A DNA stretch of 64,000 bases from Sphagnum compactum (Eukaryota), in assembly GCA_965153455.1 (NCBI GenBank), contig OZ234493.1:9724213-9788212 (forward strand), in the 5' to 3' direction. A model generated the notes under the pieces. It was not told the origin of the DNA. It did not search any database and saw only the letters and a list, made by a program, of their open reading frames with translations. How positions within the stretch are numbered: the stretch's first letter is position 1; every line of letters starts with the position of its first letter. Shown here in pieces: positions 26,824 through 38,645 of the stretch. Both the position numbers and the translations under genes were made by a program.

Positions 26824-28782
26824 ATGACGATCCACGAGATGCGTGTAGCTTTGCAAAGATTGGTGCTCTTAGTACTCGTATCTGATTTTCTTCAGTTGTG
26901 CACTTCGACTCCAGTTCTCGCATTCAACAACAGGAGCTCTCTGAATCTGGCATTCATGCGTATCCGCACCTCTAGATCGCGTTTGATGGAAGCAGCACGT
27001 GCAGCAGGTGTGACAAACCTAGTGCAGCTCTCGGACATGATCTGTAAATCTGAGCTCGAGTCTGTGGACCTCGGTCTCAGCGCTTCACACAATTTTCTTT
27101 CGAGTGGGAAGAGCGAGGAAGCTGTGAGAGAGCTTCTTGCCGTCGACAACTCTCTTGACACTTGCATGAAGAATTTCATGGGCGACGAAGAGGAGGAGAT
27201 CAGTGCGCGGATTCATCAACTTCGGGCGATTTTCGAGAAGATTCGGCACAGCGTTTCTTCTGCTGTAGATCTGATCGATCGCAGTTCGCGTCGAGGTGGG
27301 GTGGAGCCACAAGAATCAAAAAATCTCGAGATCAATCCGCGTCTGTTCCAAGGTGTTGGGTCTGCTGATCGGACCGTCGTCGACGAAGGAGCTGACGAAA
27401 CTCTTTCGGCTATGGCGGATGATGATGGCTCGCCTTCATGGGGACCCCAAGAGGAATCGAGATCAGCATCAACCAACTCGTTCAGTATGAAGCACCTACC
27501 TCTTCCGCCGGAAATTCCTTCCATAATGGACGAGATGATGAACGTCGATTACTGCTCACCGCATGTCGAGCTCTACGGTGCGACTGCAACCATCCGCCTG
27601 GATAGCTCATGCGGAGGCAAGTTTCATTCACGAAGCAAGTACTCATCGGGAGTTTTCTCAGTCCGAATGAAACCTCCTCGAGGAGCTTCCGGAGTGAGCA
27701 GCAGTTTCTACATTTCATCCAACGACGAAGATCCCGACTTGATCAGCTTCGACTTCGTAGGCAACCACCCCAACAGAATCCTCACCTCTTACGCAGTGCA
27801 TGGAAAATACTCGGGCACACTGCAAACTTTCTCCATGGAGTTTGATACCACTGCAAAGCTCCATGACTACACCATCAAGTGGGACGCCGAGAGTGTGATC
27901 TGGATGGTCGACAATCGTGTGCTCCGGACCTTGAGAAGCTCCTCTCCAGTGCAGGAACTGGACTCCGACTACCCAAGAAAACCTGGACACGTTTATGGCT
28001 ACCTCTGGGATGCATCGGATATGAACTGGGCCGGGAAGATCAACTGGGCTGATGGACCTTTCGAGATGGTTTACGCGGATCTAAGAACCACTTCGCCACT
28101 GGCAGTGGGTCAATGGCATCCTCCACCAGCTGATCCTAGTGCAGCTGCTTCAGGGTTTCACCACGTTCCAGTTCCGTTACAACCCATTGTGATCGACTAC
28201 TGTGGATCCAACATCGACGTCCAGGACTCGGAGAATCATCATGAATTCTCCATCTTGTTCGATAGCTTGGGTTGCGGTGGGAGGATCAAATCACTGGCTA
28301 AATACTCGACAGGAATGTTCAGTGGGAAGGTGAAATGTGCAGATGGTGACACTAGCGGTCTTCTCACCAGTCTCTACATCTCCTCTGGCGAGGGAAACCC
28401 ATTACAGGATGAGATTGATTTCGAGTTTCTAGGGGACAACAAGGCTATCGTGCAGACCAATTTCTACGTGAATGGCGTGGGAGGTCATGAGCAATGGATT
28501 GATCTAGGCTTCGATTGCTCACAAGGCTTTCACACTTACGCCATCCATTACAACACGCACAGCATTCAGTGGTTTGTGGACTCCAAGCTGGTCCGGACCG
28601 TGAGTCGATCTGAGCAGGTGAAGCTACAAGATTCGTTTCCTGTCAAGCGTATGCGCATGTATGCTTCAGTGTGGAATGCTTCAGGCGTTGAGAATGGTGC
28701 TTGGACCGGTCCATGGCGTGGTGATGACTTACCATTTGTTGCCAAATTCAGTGATCTGACTATCCAGTCTCCTCCTCCTTGA
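26824..28782 (+). CDS. Secreted multidomain GH16 protein: signal peptide, PMEI-like helical pro-domain, two tandem EG16/XTH-family endo-glucanase domains (first degenerate, second with intact DEIDFEF)
   Basis: Single uninterrupted ORF; first ATG 26824, alternative ATG 26839. Hydrophobic N-terminus LVLLVLVSDFLQLC. Domain 2 (~28177-28770) has IDYC, C..G.TSG, SSGEG...QDEIDFEFLG..K.IVQTNFY, DLGFDCS..FH.Y.I and MYASVWNAS, typical of EG16, and ends without the XTH C-terminal extension. Domain 1 (~27538-28095) is colinear but has DLISFDF at the catalytic site. Confidence 0.9.
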   Translation: MTIHEMRVALQRLVLLVLVSDFLQLCTSTPVLAFNNRSSLNLAFMRIRTSRSRLMEAARAAGVTNLVQLSDMICKSELESVDLGLSASHNFLSSGKSEEAVRELLAVDNSLDTCMKNFMGDEEEEISARIHQLRAIFEKIRHSVSSAVDLIDRSSRRGGVEPQESKNLEINPRLFQGVGSADRTVVDEGADETLSAMADDDGSPSWGPQEESRSASTNSFSMKHLPLPPEIPSIMDEMMNVDYCSPHVELYGATATIRLDSSCGGKFHSRSKYSSGVFSVRMKPPRGASGVSSSFYISSNDEDPDLISFDFVGNHPNRILTSYAVHGKYSGTLQTFSMEFDTTAKLHDYTIKWDAESVIWMVDNRVLRTLRSSSPVQELDSDYPRKPGHVYGYLWDASDMNWAGKINWADGPFEMVYADLRTTSPLAVGQWHPPPADPSAAASGFHHVPVPLQPIVIDYCGSNIDVQDSENHHEFSILFDSLGCGGRIKSLAKYSTGMFSGKVKCADGDTSGLLTSLYISSGEGNPLQDEIDFEFLGDNKAIVQTNFYVNGVGGHEQWIDLGFDCSQGFHTYAIHYNTHSIQWFVDSKLVRTVSRSEQVKLQDSFPVKRMRMYASVWNASGVENGAWTGPWRGDDLPFVAKFSDLTIQSPPP

Positions 28783-28799
28783 GTGCAAAGCAAATATAT

Positions 28800-29230
28800 T
28801 CAAAAAATGGCCCACTTGGGAGTCCTCCAACTGGTTCTCCTGCCACTAGGCTCAAATCCTCCTCCCAATTCTATCTAGACCCATAATTTTATTGTTGGAT
28901 CTGCTTGTGATTAGGAAGAGACTATGATGTGGTTCAAATCTCATTCGATCCCAGTTTTTGAGGAATTCATGAGAATTGAATTCACCAGACCTTGTTACTT
29001 TGAACTAACTGTGAGTTTCATTTTCAGGGGAAATTCATGGAACATTTCAGCCTATTTTGTAAATTAGACTTCCAAATTTTCTTTTGTACACTGGCATTGA
29101 GATATAACAAGCATGAATTACTAAAATCTCCCAGTGCCCATGTTGATCAATTTGGTTGCATGTGCTGCCTGGAGCCAATTTCAGCTGGGTACAGATTTCT
29201 CATCATTGATCTCAGATTTTTCCCTGATGT
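28800..29230 (+). pseudogene. Decayed third GH16 repeat downstream of the stop codon
   Basis: Frameshifted fragments colinear with the two GH16 domains: SPPTGSP linker; YC-GS...ISFDPS (~28890-28955); TVSFIFRGNSWNISAYFVN (29008-29064; cf. LISFDFVGNH.. and EIDFEFLG...NFYVN); FCTLALRYNKHE (cf. FHTYAIHYNTHS); DLR (cf. ADLR at end of domain 1). Confidence 0.6.
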
Positions 29231-29329
29231 TCTCTTTGGGGCTCTCCACATATATAATTCAATACCCATGTAAATAAGAGAATTCATTCAAAGAAATCTT
29301 TCACTTGGTTTTCATATCATGGTCTTCAC

Positions 29330-30480
29330 TGTTATGAGGGAAGCAAATTGGAATTCAATCTATGTTCATCTGTCATCATGGAAGCAATAATCATTGCTGT
29401 TTTTTCTAGCATAACATCCTCAATGATTAAGCCAGGTGGATTTGCAGGGGATTTTCTTTACTGGAATTCAACTGTTTCTTTTTGCAAATTTTGACTGTAG
29501 CTGACCAACACCTCAACTTTCTCAACTAGTGGACTTCCCTATTTTGAATTTTTTTTTTTTGGTTTAATTTCCAGCTTCCACAATATGGTGGAGGAGTGGC
29601 ATACAAGATGCATGTCTAAAGCAACTTCCAGTACACACAATAGCCTTTGCTTTTTGAAGTTCAGTGCTGTCCTCAGAATGTCAATAATAACCAGTGGAGT
29701 TTCCATAGCCCAATAGCTGGCTGGTGGTGGGGTTTGCTATGGTGCAAACTGTTGCAATGTTTCAATTGCCACCAAGGAAAGATGTGACAGACCAACTGCC
29801 AACAACAACAGTTTTTACACTTCACCCGAGGACCTAACTTTGGCTTGCAGAAGTGATACACTTTGAATTTTTTAAACAATCCACAGATTGCAAATTGCCC
29901 TAGATCTTTTATCTAAAATGTCTACACACAACACAAATCAGTGACATGTATCTTCAAAGCTTGTGATTGCTCATCTCCGCCAATACTTGCTCCATGAAAG
30001 CTCACCTCAAATTTTTACAACAAAGTCATGTCTCTCTTCTAGAATGGTTCTGTTTAGGGTACATCAGATCATTGATTTGCTGCTTGTAGCAAGATGATTG
30101 ATATCCAAACCCAAACAGTCCTATAGTTACTTTTAATGCCAATTCAATTTGTTCAGCTGATGCACATATGTCATGTTGCTGCTTCCAATAGTACCCATTG
30201 TCTTGAGGACCATGGAACTAAAGAACCTATGCAGATGATTCAGAGTCAGATCCCACAGCACCCACCAAGATGGCGTGACTAGGGTATGATAGCCCACCCA
30301 AAAATATGATCAGTCTGTCCCAGGTAGATTCACAGGATTGCAATTTTGTGAACACTTTAGCCTTCTGTATATGAAATTTTCCTTGGTGTCATAAGACATT
30401 GAGTGATCTAATGATTCGGGTGGACCTGGAGTACATTATTGAGTCAAGCAACTTTGAAAGGAGAGACTGAACTGAACCCA
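29330..30480 (+). pseudogene. Heavily decayed pectin methylesterase (CE8) catalytic-domain remnant
   Basis: Short PME-like motifs in the correct order but in mixed frames: EAI (29381), IKPG (29426), STFSTSG (29513), SFHN (~29573), DTL (29855), DC..I..DFI (29886-29913), CIFKAC (29947), L-G/R-PW..RT...MIQSQI..HPPRW (30202-30272), GPGVHY*VK (30422-30448). Each motif is short. Confidence 0.45.
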
Positions 30481-30993
30481 TCAATTGTGTTCTATCAATG
30501 CAATGTGCAAAACCTTGCTGATGTGGATAGAACACTCCCCAAGCTTTAGAATCGCTACTTGGACCAATCATGATGGTCAGCCAATAAAAAAAAGTCATGT
30601 TTTTTAACTGTGTCTTGTGGAGACCACTATAATATCTTGTGCACATATGTTCACATGAATTCTTCACACAACACTTACAATCTTCATTGTAATTTTTTAT
30701 GGTCAATGGATTCACTGCAGTACAATCTTCTAATCATGTAGAGTGGAGCCTAGTTTAATATGGGGAACTGTTGACCGACACCAATTCACTCTACTTTTAG
30801 TTGGACATAAGTCCTAAAAAATGGAAGTCCAAGTTTGTCACAATGGTAATCCTTAAACACAAACTGACCTAATCATCAACTTGGTCAAGAACAAGTCTAG
30901 CCAGATTGTAGTGCTCCGATTTCAGGTGCTCAACATTAATTTATTCCTTTGTGTTCCAATTTTCTCACAATGGAAGAAGTCAATGACTCATAT

Positions 30994-33225
30994 GTTATGG
31001 GCCCATAGTACGGAGTCATACAAAATTTTGAAGGAAAGAATTTCATGTTGTGAAAATTCAAAGTTGAGATGTTGCTCAAAGCAAGAGAACTTTGGGGACT
31101 CGTTGTTGGAGAAGAGGTTAAACAATTTCCATCACATGCTCTCAACTCTTCACTTACAAGAGAAATGAAAGGACTAGATGCCACCAAAGCAACTATCCAT
31201 AAAGAAGTCAAAGTAATGGCGTTAATCATGAGTCTACTAAATAGTTATCAAACCTTGACCACATATTTGGTATTGTCTACAATTGAAGATTGTAGTTGGC
31301 ACAATGTGAATACTAGATTACTAAATGAAGAGCTCATGAGAAAGAAAAGGGTAGAAACTTCACAAGTTGGTGGAGAGCTAGCATTAACATCCATATTTGA
31401 AACCGGTCATAAGGAATGAAAGAAATTCAACAACTATTTCATAATCAAGGTTATTGAGCCAAAGAATGCAAAAAAGAAATATTGGCTTGGAAAATAACAT
31501 GGAAAAAGATAACATTATTAAAAATGTGCTTGAAAAACCCTAAGCAATTACATCATTTTTATCAATTGTTTTGTACAAATTATGATGATTGCTACATTGA
31601 TTCAAGAATTTCAATTCACTTGTCTTATAGGAAGGATTGGTTCAAGGGATGCACTACAATTGCACCCATATGAATCTACATGGGAGATGACACAACATTG
31701 GAAATTGTTTGCATGGGAGATATAAAATTCACCATGATGGTGGGGTGAAAACACATTGAAGGACACTATTTGAATTATCACAGTTGCAATTTTTTTGGTT
31801 TGTACATGAACTTAACGTTAAAAGTCATGTTCAAAATTATCATTATTAATTTTTGAATTATCCATGTTGAAATATACTTTAGGGGGAATCATATTGAAAA
31901 ATATGGATAATTTATAAAAAATAGTGAACTCATAATGAATTTTCAAAATGATGACATTGCACTATGCCAAAAATGTCAATCTATGACTAGTCCTTATCAA
32001 CTATACTAGTCGCTTATATCATTTGTAATTGATTCAGACTCACATTTATACCATTTTTAGTCCCTAATTCATTTGTAATCGTATAGGTTTAGTTATTTTT
32101 GGTGTAATGTTTTGTTTGTCATGCATGTAGACTAAAACAATTTAACTCAAAACATATGTCATTGGAATGTCGAAATAGAAATTAGAAAATAAGCTACCAT
32201 CAAATGAAAAAATTAACAAAAATATGCATTGAAACTTTTTCAACATAAGAAATTTTTATATTCATCATTTTGTTTTTCCATTTTAGATTGAAATTTCAAA
32301 GCTTTCAAATGAAATTTTGACCAATCACATACCTAATGATAGGGTGACTTATCAATATTTTTGACCAAAATCATACAAGATAATTATAAGGTTTATAGTT
32401 TGATAATTGTTATAATTACAAAAATATTAGTTAATGTAAGATGTGAACTTTTCAAATTGTCAAAAACGAGCTACGCAACCATGCTATTATTTTGTGGAAG
32501 ACAAGAATGTTGACAATGTTTTCAAAACATTTTGTACATTCCTAAAATCATCAAGATTTTTTTTTATGAATAAAAAGAACTTCACTTGGCAATGTCCTCT
32601 AATTTGATAAGAACTCTTATAGCATCAAGAATGATTAGAAGAAAGTGATAAGGGTAGAACCTTATGTGATAATCATCTTTACAAATTGAATTGCACCATG
32701 AAGTTGTTAGCTAATTTGTGGTAGACAATGGTTTTTTTGGAATCAATAATATTAGTATTTAAGCTCATCAAATTATAATTATTTTGAAAAAAAGAACTTA
32801 CACAAAAGTTATTCAAGCTATAACTTCCAATGTGCATGCTTACATGTGTGGAGAGGAAAATGCTTAAATTACAAAATCTCACCAAGGGATTGGCATCAAC
32901 ATTTGTCATCTGGATGCTAAAGATGTGAAGGTTTTTACATAAAAAAATCTTGTGGATGGACTATTGAAGTCATCTAGAAAGTTGACTTTCTATGAAGGTT
33001 GTGAGTGCAATAAACAACATAGAAAATTGTTTCCAACCAAAGGAGCTTCAAAGGCCAACAAATTGTTAGCTTTGGTGCATTTTGATATATGGGGACCAAG
33101 ATATTATCTTTTGGAAGAGCCAAGTACTTTGTAACATTCATACATGACTATTCTTGAAAAGCATTTTGCTATTTCTTGAAAAACAAATTAGAATATTTCA
33201 CAAAGTTCTAGGAATTCAAGTTACT
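30994..33225 (+). mobile_element. Truncated Ty1/copia retrotransposon internal region (PBS, gag, protease, start of integrase), interrupted by an insertion
   Basis: PBS-like GTTATGGGCCCA at 30994; gag KFKVEMLLKARELWGLV; protease YIDS...HLS..KDWF and IYMGDD; pre-integrase WHQ; integrase GC..NKQHR..FP....A.KLLALVHFDIWGP and KYFVTFIHDYS. No RT found. Confidence 0.8.
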
Positions 33226-36200
33226 TGGAAAAAGTCCAAGTCTTTGTGGGGGTAAAAGCATTTGGACTATTTGGATTGTGATCATTATAGTTTGTTTTAG
33301 ATTACAAATGTTCATTTGAAATGTATTTAACCATATCGAACATTAACATTGTCAAAAAAATTATTATCCATGTTGCAATAGACTTTAGTGAGAATCATAT
33401 TAAAAATTATGGATGAATTTTAAGAAAAAAATGGACTCATAATGAACTTTTGAAATAATGACACAACTTTGTCAAAGGAAAAATGAAAAATATAAATTCA
33501 AATAGTATGTCATATTAGTGTCAAAATAAAAAAATAAACCACCATCAATTGAGGAATTTAAAAGTAAGATGCATTAAAACTTTCCCAATACAAAAAAATT
33601 TCATTTAAAAAAAATTAACATGTTGTGATTTTGTCATTTTTATCAATTTTTTCCATTTTTTCCATTTCACATTGACATTTCAAAGATTTCACATGGATAT
33701 TTTGACCAATCACATGTCTAAGGATATCTATAGAATAACCTATCAATATTTGTGACCAAAAGCATAGAGGATAATTATAGGATTTATAGTTTGATAATTA
33801 TTATAATTGTAGGAATTGTAATTAATGTTAAAATGTGAAATTTCAAAATGTCATAAGCCACCTAATCACGTTTTTATATGCAATTTATAATGCAAATTTC
33901 AAGGCTTATGGACTCATTGATGTTAGTATAGGATAATTTATTTTGGATCATGATGTCATCCTCAATGAGACAATCACCTCTAACATCTATGTACTTGAAA
34001 AGACAATGCACAAGCAGTGGGTAATAGTTACTAACAATTTGACATTTCAAATCATGGTTTTGATGAGCTAGGTGGATGCACAATGGATTGAATAGTTCAT
34101 TAATGTTTTTAAAAAAATTCATAAAAAGTCTATCCTAATGTTAAATTTATAATTTGATTTGGTATCATTAGTTGAATGGTAATAAAATCTATCTATCAAA
34201 ACAATAAATCCTAAGGATTTATGAAAATTTGGTTTGATTGTAACCATTAAAAAATCCCTAACTTAACCCACTATGGGACCTTGGCATCACAAAAGGTCTT
34301 GGGTTCAAACCCAATGGTGTGCAAGTGAAACTCCTATCAAGTGTTTGCCAATGAGCTTGATTTGAAGGTGCCAATGGCTTGTTAGATCAAGTCTATTGTT
34401 TTGCTTCAAGAAAAATAAAAGAAAACCCCTAACTAAAATTTGGCAATAATTTTTGAAAAAAACATTTCATATAAACATTTATTATTTCATGTTACACCAA
34501 ATACTAAATCATAATATGAAATTTTATTTTATTTTTTAATGATTTGTGCACAATAATAGGAAGAAAGGGATTTTTTTAAAAGGTGTGTATTGTTTCATGG
34601 GATTGTTAGCATGAACTTTGTTCTTGGTTACAATTGTAATCCAACAACAATGCAAACTATGTGCAACTTTCCTATTGCATCATTCCTACGAAGGGAGATG
34701 AAGATTTGAAAGATGTGAGAGAGAGGTTAACAATATCAATCACACCCTTTTATCAATGGCACAAAAAAATATTAGCCTTTGCCCATGGGTGGGTTAAAGA
34801 AATACACACACACCTTTTCATTTTGTTTGTTTCAAGCAAGCAATAGGGAAGCGATGTGGGCCAAGTTGAACCTACACTAGTGTCTTTACATTCTTCAGCG
34901 AGGCATCTCGGTGGCCATATTAAACCCAACAAATGCTAGATTTGAGCTCAAAGGCCCTGATTAAGTCTAAGCATGGGATATCTAGAGTTTTTAGAGGCAA
35001 TCTAAATGAATTTTGAGTTTTTTACAATGTCACGTGTATCCTCTCTCGTTATCACAAAGTAAAATCCACCCTTCACTGGTTATGTGCTGGTTCCATGTGT
35101 GATCCCAAACAAATGTGTGGAAACACTGGTTACAATCTGGAACAGGCCCTGCTAGAACCTGATGGAACAGCCTCCTGCCTAATAAGAATGCTGTTGCCCA
35201 CCAGGCTTGACCCGTTCCTACGCTGAACGCTAGATTCTGTCGTACAAGAACAAGTAATGAATTGTTAAAGCATCCTATGGTCTACTACGAACAACCAGAG
35301 GGATTACCTTGAAAGCTGGAATGGCCTCAAGACTGACCCCTTCTCCTATACAAAAATTGCTAATTTTCGGCAGTGTAGTGAGAACCATCATTAGATACAC
35401 AGAACTGGGTCTTTATCTTTTTTTAACCTGTGGTTATGAATCTTAAGAATCTCCCTGATAACCGCCAGGGTCTGTGCCTGTTTCTAATATCCGCCCAACA
35501 CTGGTGTTGAGGAACGTCGGCAAATTCCAGGTTTACATCAAAGTCTTGACAGGACAAAGTTCAGTTCAAAAGTAGGAGATGCAACAGCAGAAGCAGCAAC
35601 ACAGGTTTGTAGTACATTTCTGGAAGAGAATTGGGTCCCTTGAAGCTTGTATTTAATTATATATATTAAACCGCATAAAATAATACCAAGGGTTTTTTTT
35701 CCCAATTACTTCTAATGAAGCAATCTCTACATCTCTACAGAGACAGGCAATTTCCAGCACACATTGTTATATACACATGTCCTGTATATACATATTGCTG
35801 ATTACTATCTTGAACAATGTTTTTTTCTCAAATTAGTGAAGTAGGCAGGTTGCCGGATCATGCACAAGAGTTCATCATCAAGACCCACAGGGTTTACAGT
35901 TTGAGGTTGTGGTTAGGATGAGGTTATTAAGGTCAAGATATATAAGCACATTGAAACCCCTAGTGGAAATTCTAAGTGCTCTCCTTGTTTTCAAAACATT
36001 GCAAGGAAGTAATCTTCAAGTTTGAAGGGGTGGTATCACCTTCATCCATGTTTTACAAGTTTAGATCTGTAATTTGGAATTGGGAAGGGGAAATCAGAAT
36101 CATGGAGTGGATGTCAATAGCAGCACTCTGTCAACAGGAGCACTAGGAAAAAGACTGAAAAAAAACACCGTAAACCCTAAATCAAAACTGAGGAGTGGTT

Positions 36201-36707
36201 TGATAAACAAGTCACAGTCATACACATGTTCAGGGACCTTCAACAGCTACATGTATTGACTGCCAACCATAAAATTCCCATTGCTCAAAGCAGGAGGGTG
36301 GAGAACAATGAGAGAAACTTCATAGAGGTAGCTTGCAAATTCACACAAGAGTTTTCTCAAATGGCCCAATAGTCAAGTGCAGCAGCAAACTGACAACTCT
36401 GAATCAGTAGTTGATTGCACACAGGAGTGGAACAATTTCTAACGGAGCAGAAAGCCTGGGACATGTTGTTACAGTCTCAAATTCCACTCCAGTTTCCAAA
36501 ATGACTCTGTACACAAGAGGAAAGAGGCACCAGACCTGTGTGGTACAAATGCTAGAGGCAAGAAATCAAAACTACACGAGGCTCCATGGCCCCTTTTTGC
36601 AGCGGTGCCCACATCTGATAACAGTGTCCAACTATGGTGGTATAATTATACCATTAGATATGCTATGAACGAAATGTACTTGATGTAGCAATTGAAAAAA
36701 CAGACTA

Positions 36708-38328
36708 CTAGCATGACCAATAGTCCATGCAAGAAACAGACACCATCCTCAAATTGATGAAAGTGATTGGCATCCCTCACCATGATTGCTCTCCTAGCTA
36801 TTTTTGAAATGAACTTTGCGAAAGTATTGCATTCTTCACAAACCCACAGATCTTCATTATTCAGAGTGGAGTACCAGGAGCTGCATTGATGAGCCACAAT
36901 GCAATATCCAGTTTCTCACTATGGTCACACAAATGGAACACCTTTTCTTTTTTTTCCACATCATGCAGAACAAATTTAGTGTAAGGCACATACCTGGCAT
37001 CATGCACAGGCCCTGACAATCTCTGCAGTTCTGCACAGATTTCAATCATCTGAGGGTGGGCTTGATCATCTACTACAAACATATACACCTCATCTTTCAA
37101 TTCAATTCAGGTGCAATCAGGCTGTTTCTTCGCACCTTTTTCCTTTCTTGGCCATTCAACACTCTCAGAGAGATGCCTGTTGCCAGCAGCAGCATAGATG
37201 TTTGATAGCAGCATGTAACCAGCAGCATTTCCAGGCTTCAATCCAAGAATTTGCTTAGCAACATGTTCTCCCATCTCCACATTACCATGAATTCTGCAAT
37301 TGCCAAGCAAAGCCATGGATGGTGCCACATGTGGTTTACAGGGCATTGCCTTCATCATATTCTCTGCCACCTGTAGATGGCCAGTACAGCAAAGAAGGCC
37401 AACCATGCAGGTGTTACATTCCAATGTTGCAGAAATCATGTACACTGTGATCATTGAAGCATAACACCACATGCCTTCATCCACTAAACATGAATGGCTA
37501 CAAGCGGACAGGAGACAAACAAAAAAAATCATGTCATCTGGCTGTACAACCTTCTTCACAAATCCATTCAAAATGTTTGAGAGCTTCCTTACCATGCCTG
37601 CACATGGCACATCCTCCAAGTATGGTGGTCCAAGTGACCACATCTTGAGATATCATCTTGATGAACACTTTCCAAGTATCCTCCATGCTCCCACATTTTG
37701 CATACATGTCAACCAAGTTATTCCCCACAAAGACATCAGACAAGAAACTGCTTTGAACGATCTGCTCATGAACACACCTGCCCTCTTCAAGCACAACCAC
37801 ACTGGCACATGCATTCAGCACCCCAACAAAAGTAGCAGAGCTTGGTCACACAGGCTCCTGTTGCTGTTGTCAACATAGTTGCAGTGTCTTCTGACCTTGC
37901 CGACATTTTCCATATCCCAATATCATGTTGTTCCAAGTAATCACATCTTGAGATGGCATCTTGTTGAACACTCTCTAAGCATCCTCAACGCTCCCACATT
38001 TTGCATACATGTCAATCAAGTTAGTACCCACAAAGACATCAGACTTGCAACCACTAATTTGAATGAGCTGTTCATGAATAAGCCTGCTGTCTTCAAATGC
38101 TCCTAAACCAGCATATGCACAAATCAAGGAACAAAAGTGAATTCATTAGGAGGAGCATTCCTTCTTGTTGCGTATGCTGGAAAAGCTGCATCACCTTCTC
38201 AGGTTGCCCATTCTTCACATATTTCGTAAGCTTCTGATTCCATGCAAAAAATATTCAATTGCACTGTGCTTGGTGCCATTGCAGCCATCTCTGGTGTCAC
38301 CCACAGCAGGTTTCATCAGTTCTTGCAT
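36708..38328 (-). pseudogene. PLS-class DYW-type pentatricopeptide repeat (organellar C-to-U editing factor) pseudogene
   Basis: PPR motifs (VFVGNNLVDMYAKCGSMEDTWKVF, LLSACSHSCLVDEG), E domain (ALLGNCRIHGNVEMGE, YMLLSNIYAAAG), PG-box remnant, and DYW domain (HSEKL, VCEEC, IMVRDANHFHQFEDGVC; SCMDYW with DYW at 36725-36717). Spread over several frames with internal stops and no introns that would repair them. Confidence 0.88.
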
Positions 38329-38631
38329 TTACTTAATTACCATCTGCAACACACTAGTACTATCCCACCACTAGTACAAAGGATGTAATTCTGCCAAAGT
38401 CTAGACAGTGGCAGGATAGCAACCGAGAGAGAGAGAGAGAGAGAGCAACAAGATTGACATCAACAACAAGACCTACAGCTCCAATTGACATGCAAACACT
38501 GACAGGATTGATGTTCCCTTACCTTTCTGATCTATTATCCCACCATTGTGAAGGATCCAAAAAGAACTCCAGCCACAGTTTCTCTCTATCTAACCACCAC
38601 CAGGAACTGCAGAGAAAATTCTTCCTATCAA

Positions 38632-38645
38632 AGGGTTTAGGGTTT
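38632..38645 (-). promoter_or_regulatory. Telo-box-like AAACCCTAAACCCT upstream of the PPR pseudogene
   Basis: Plus strand reads AGGGTTTAGGGTTT, ~300 bp upstream of the presumed ATG. A (CT)n tract lies between (38426-38445). Confidence 0.35.
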
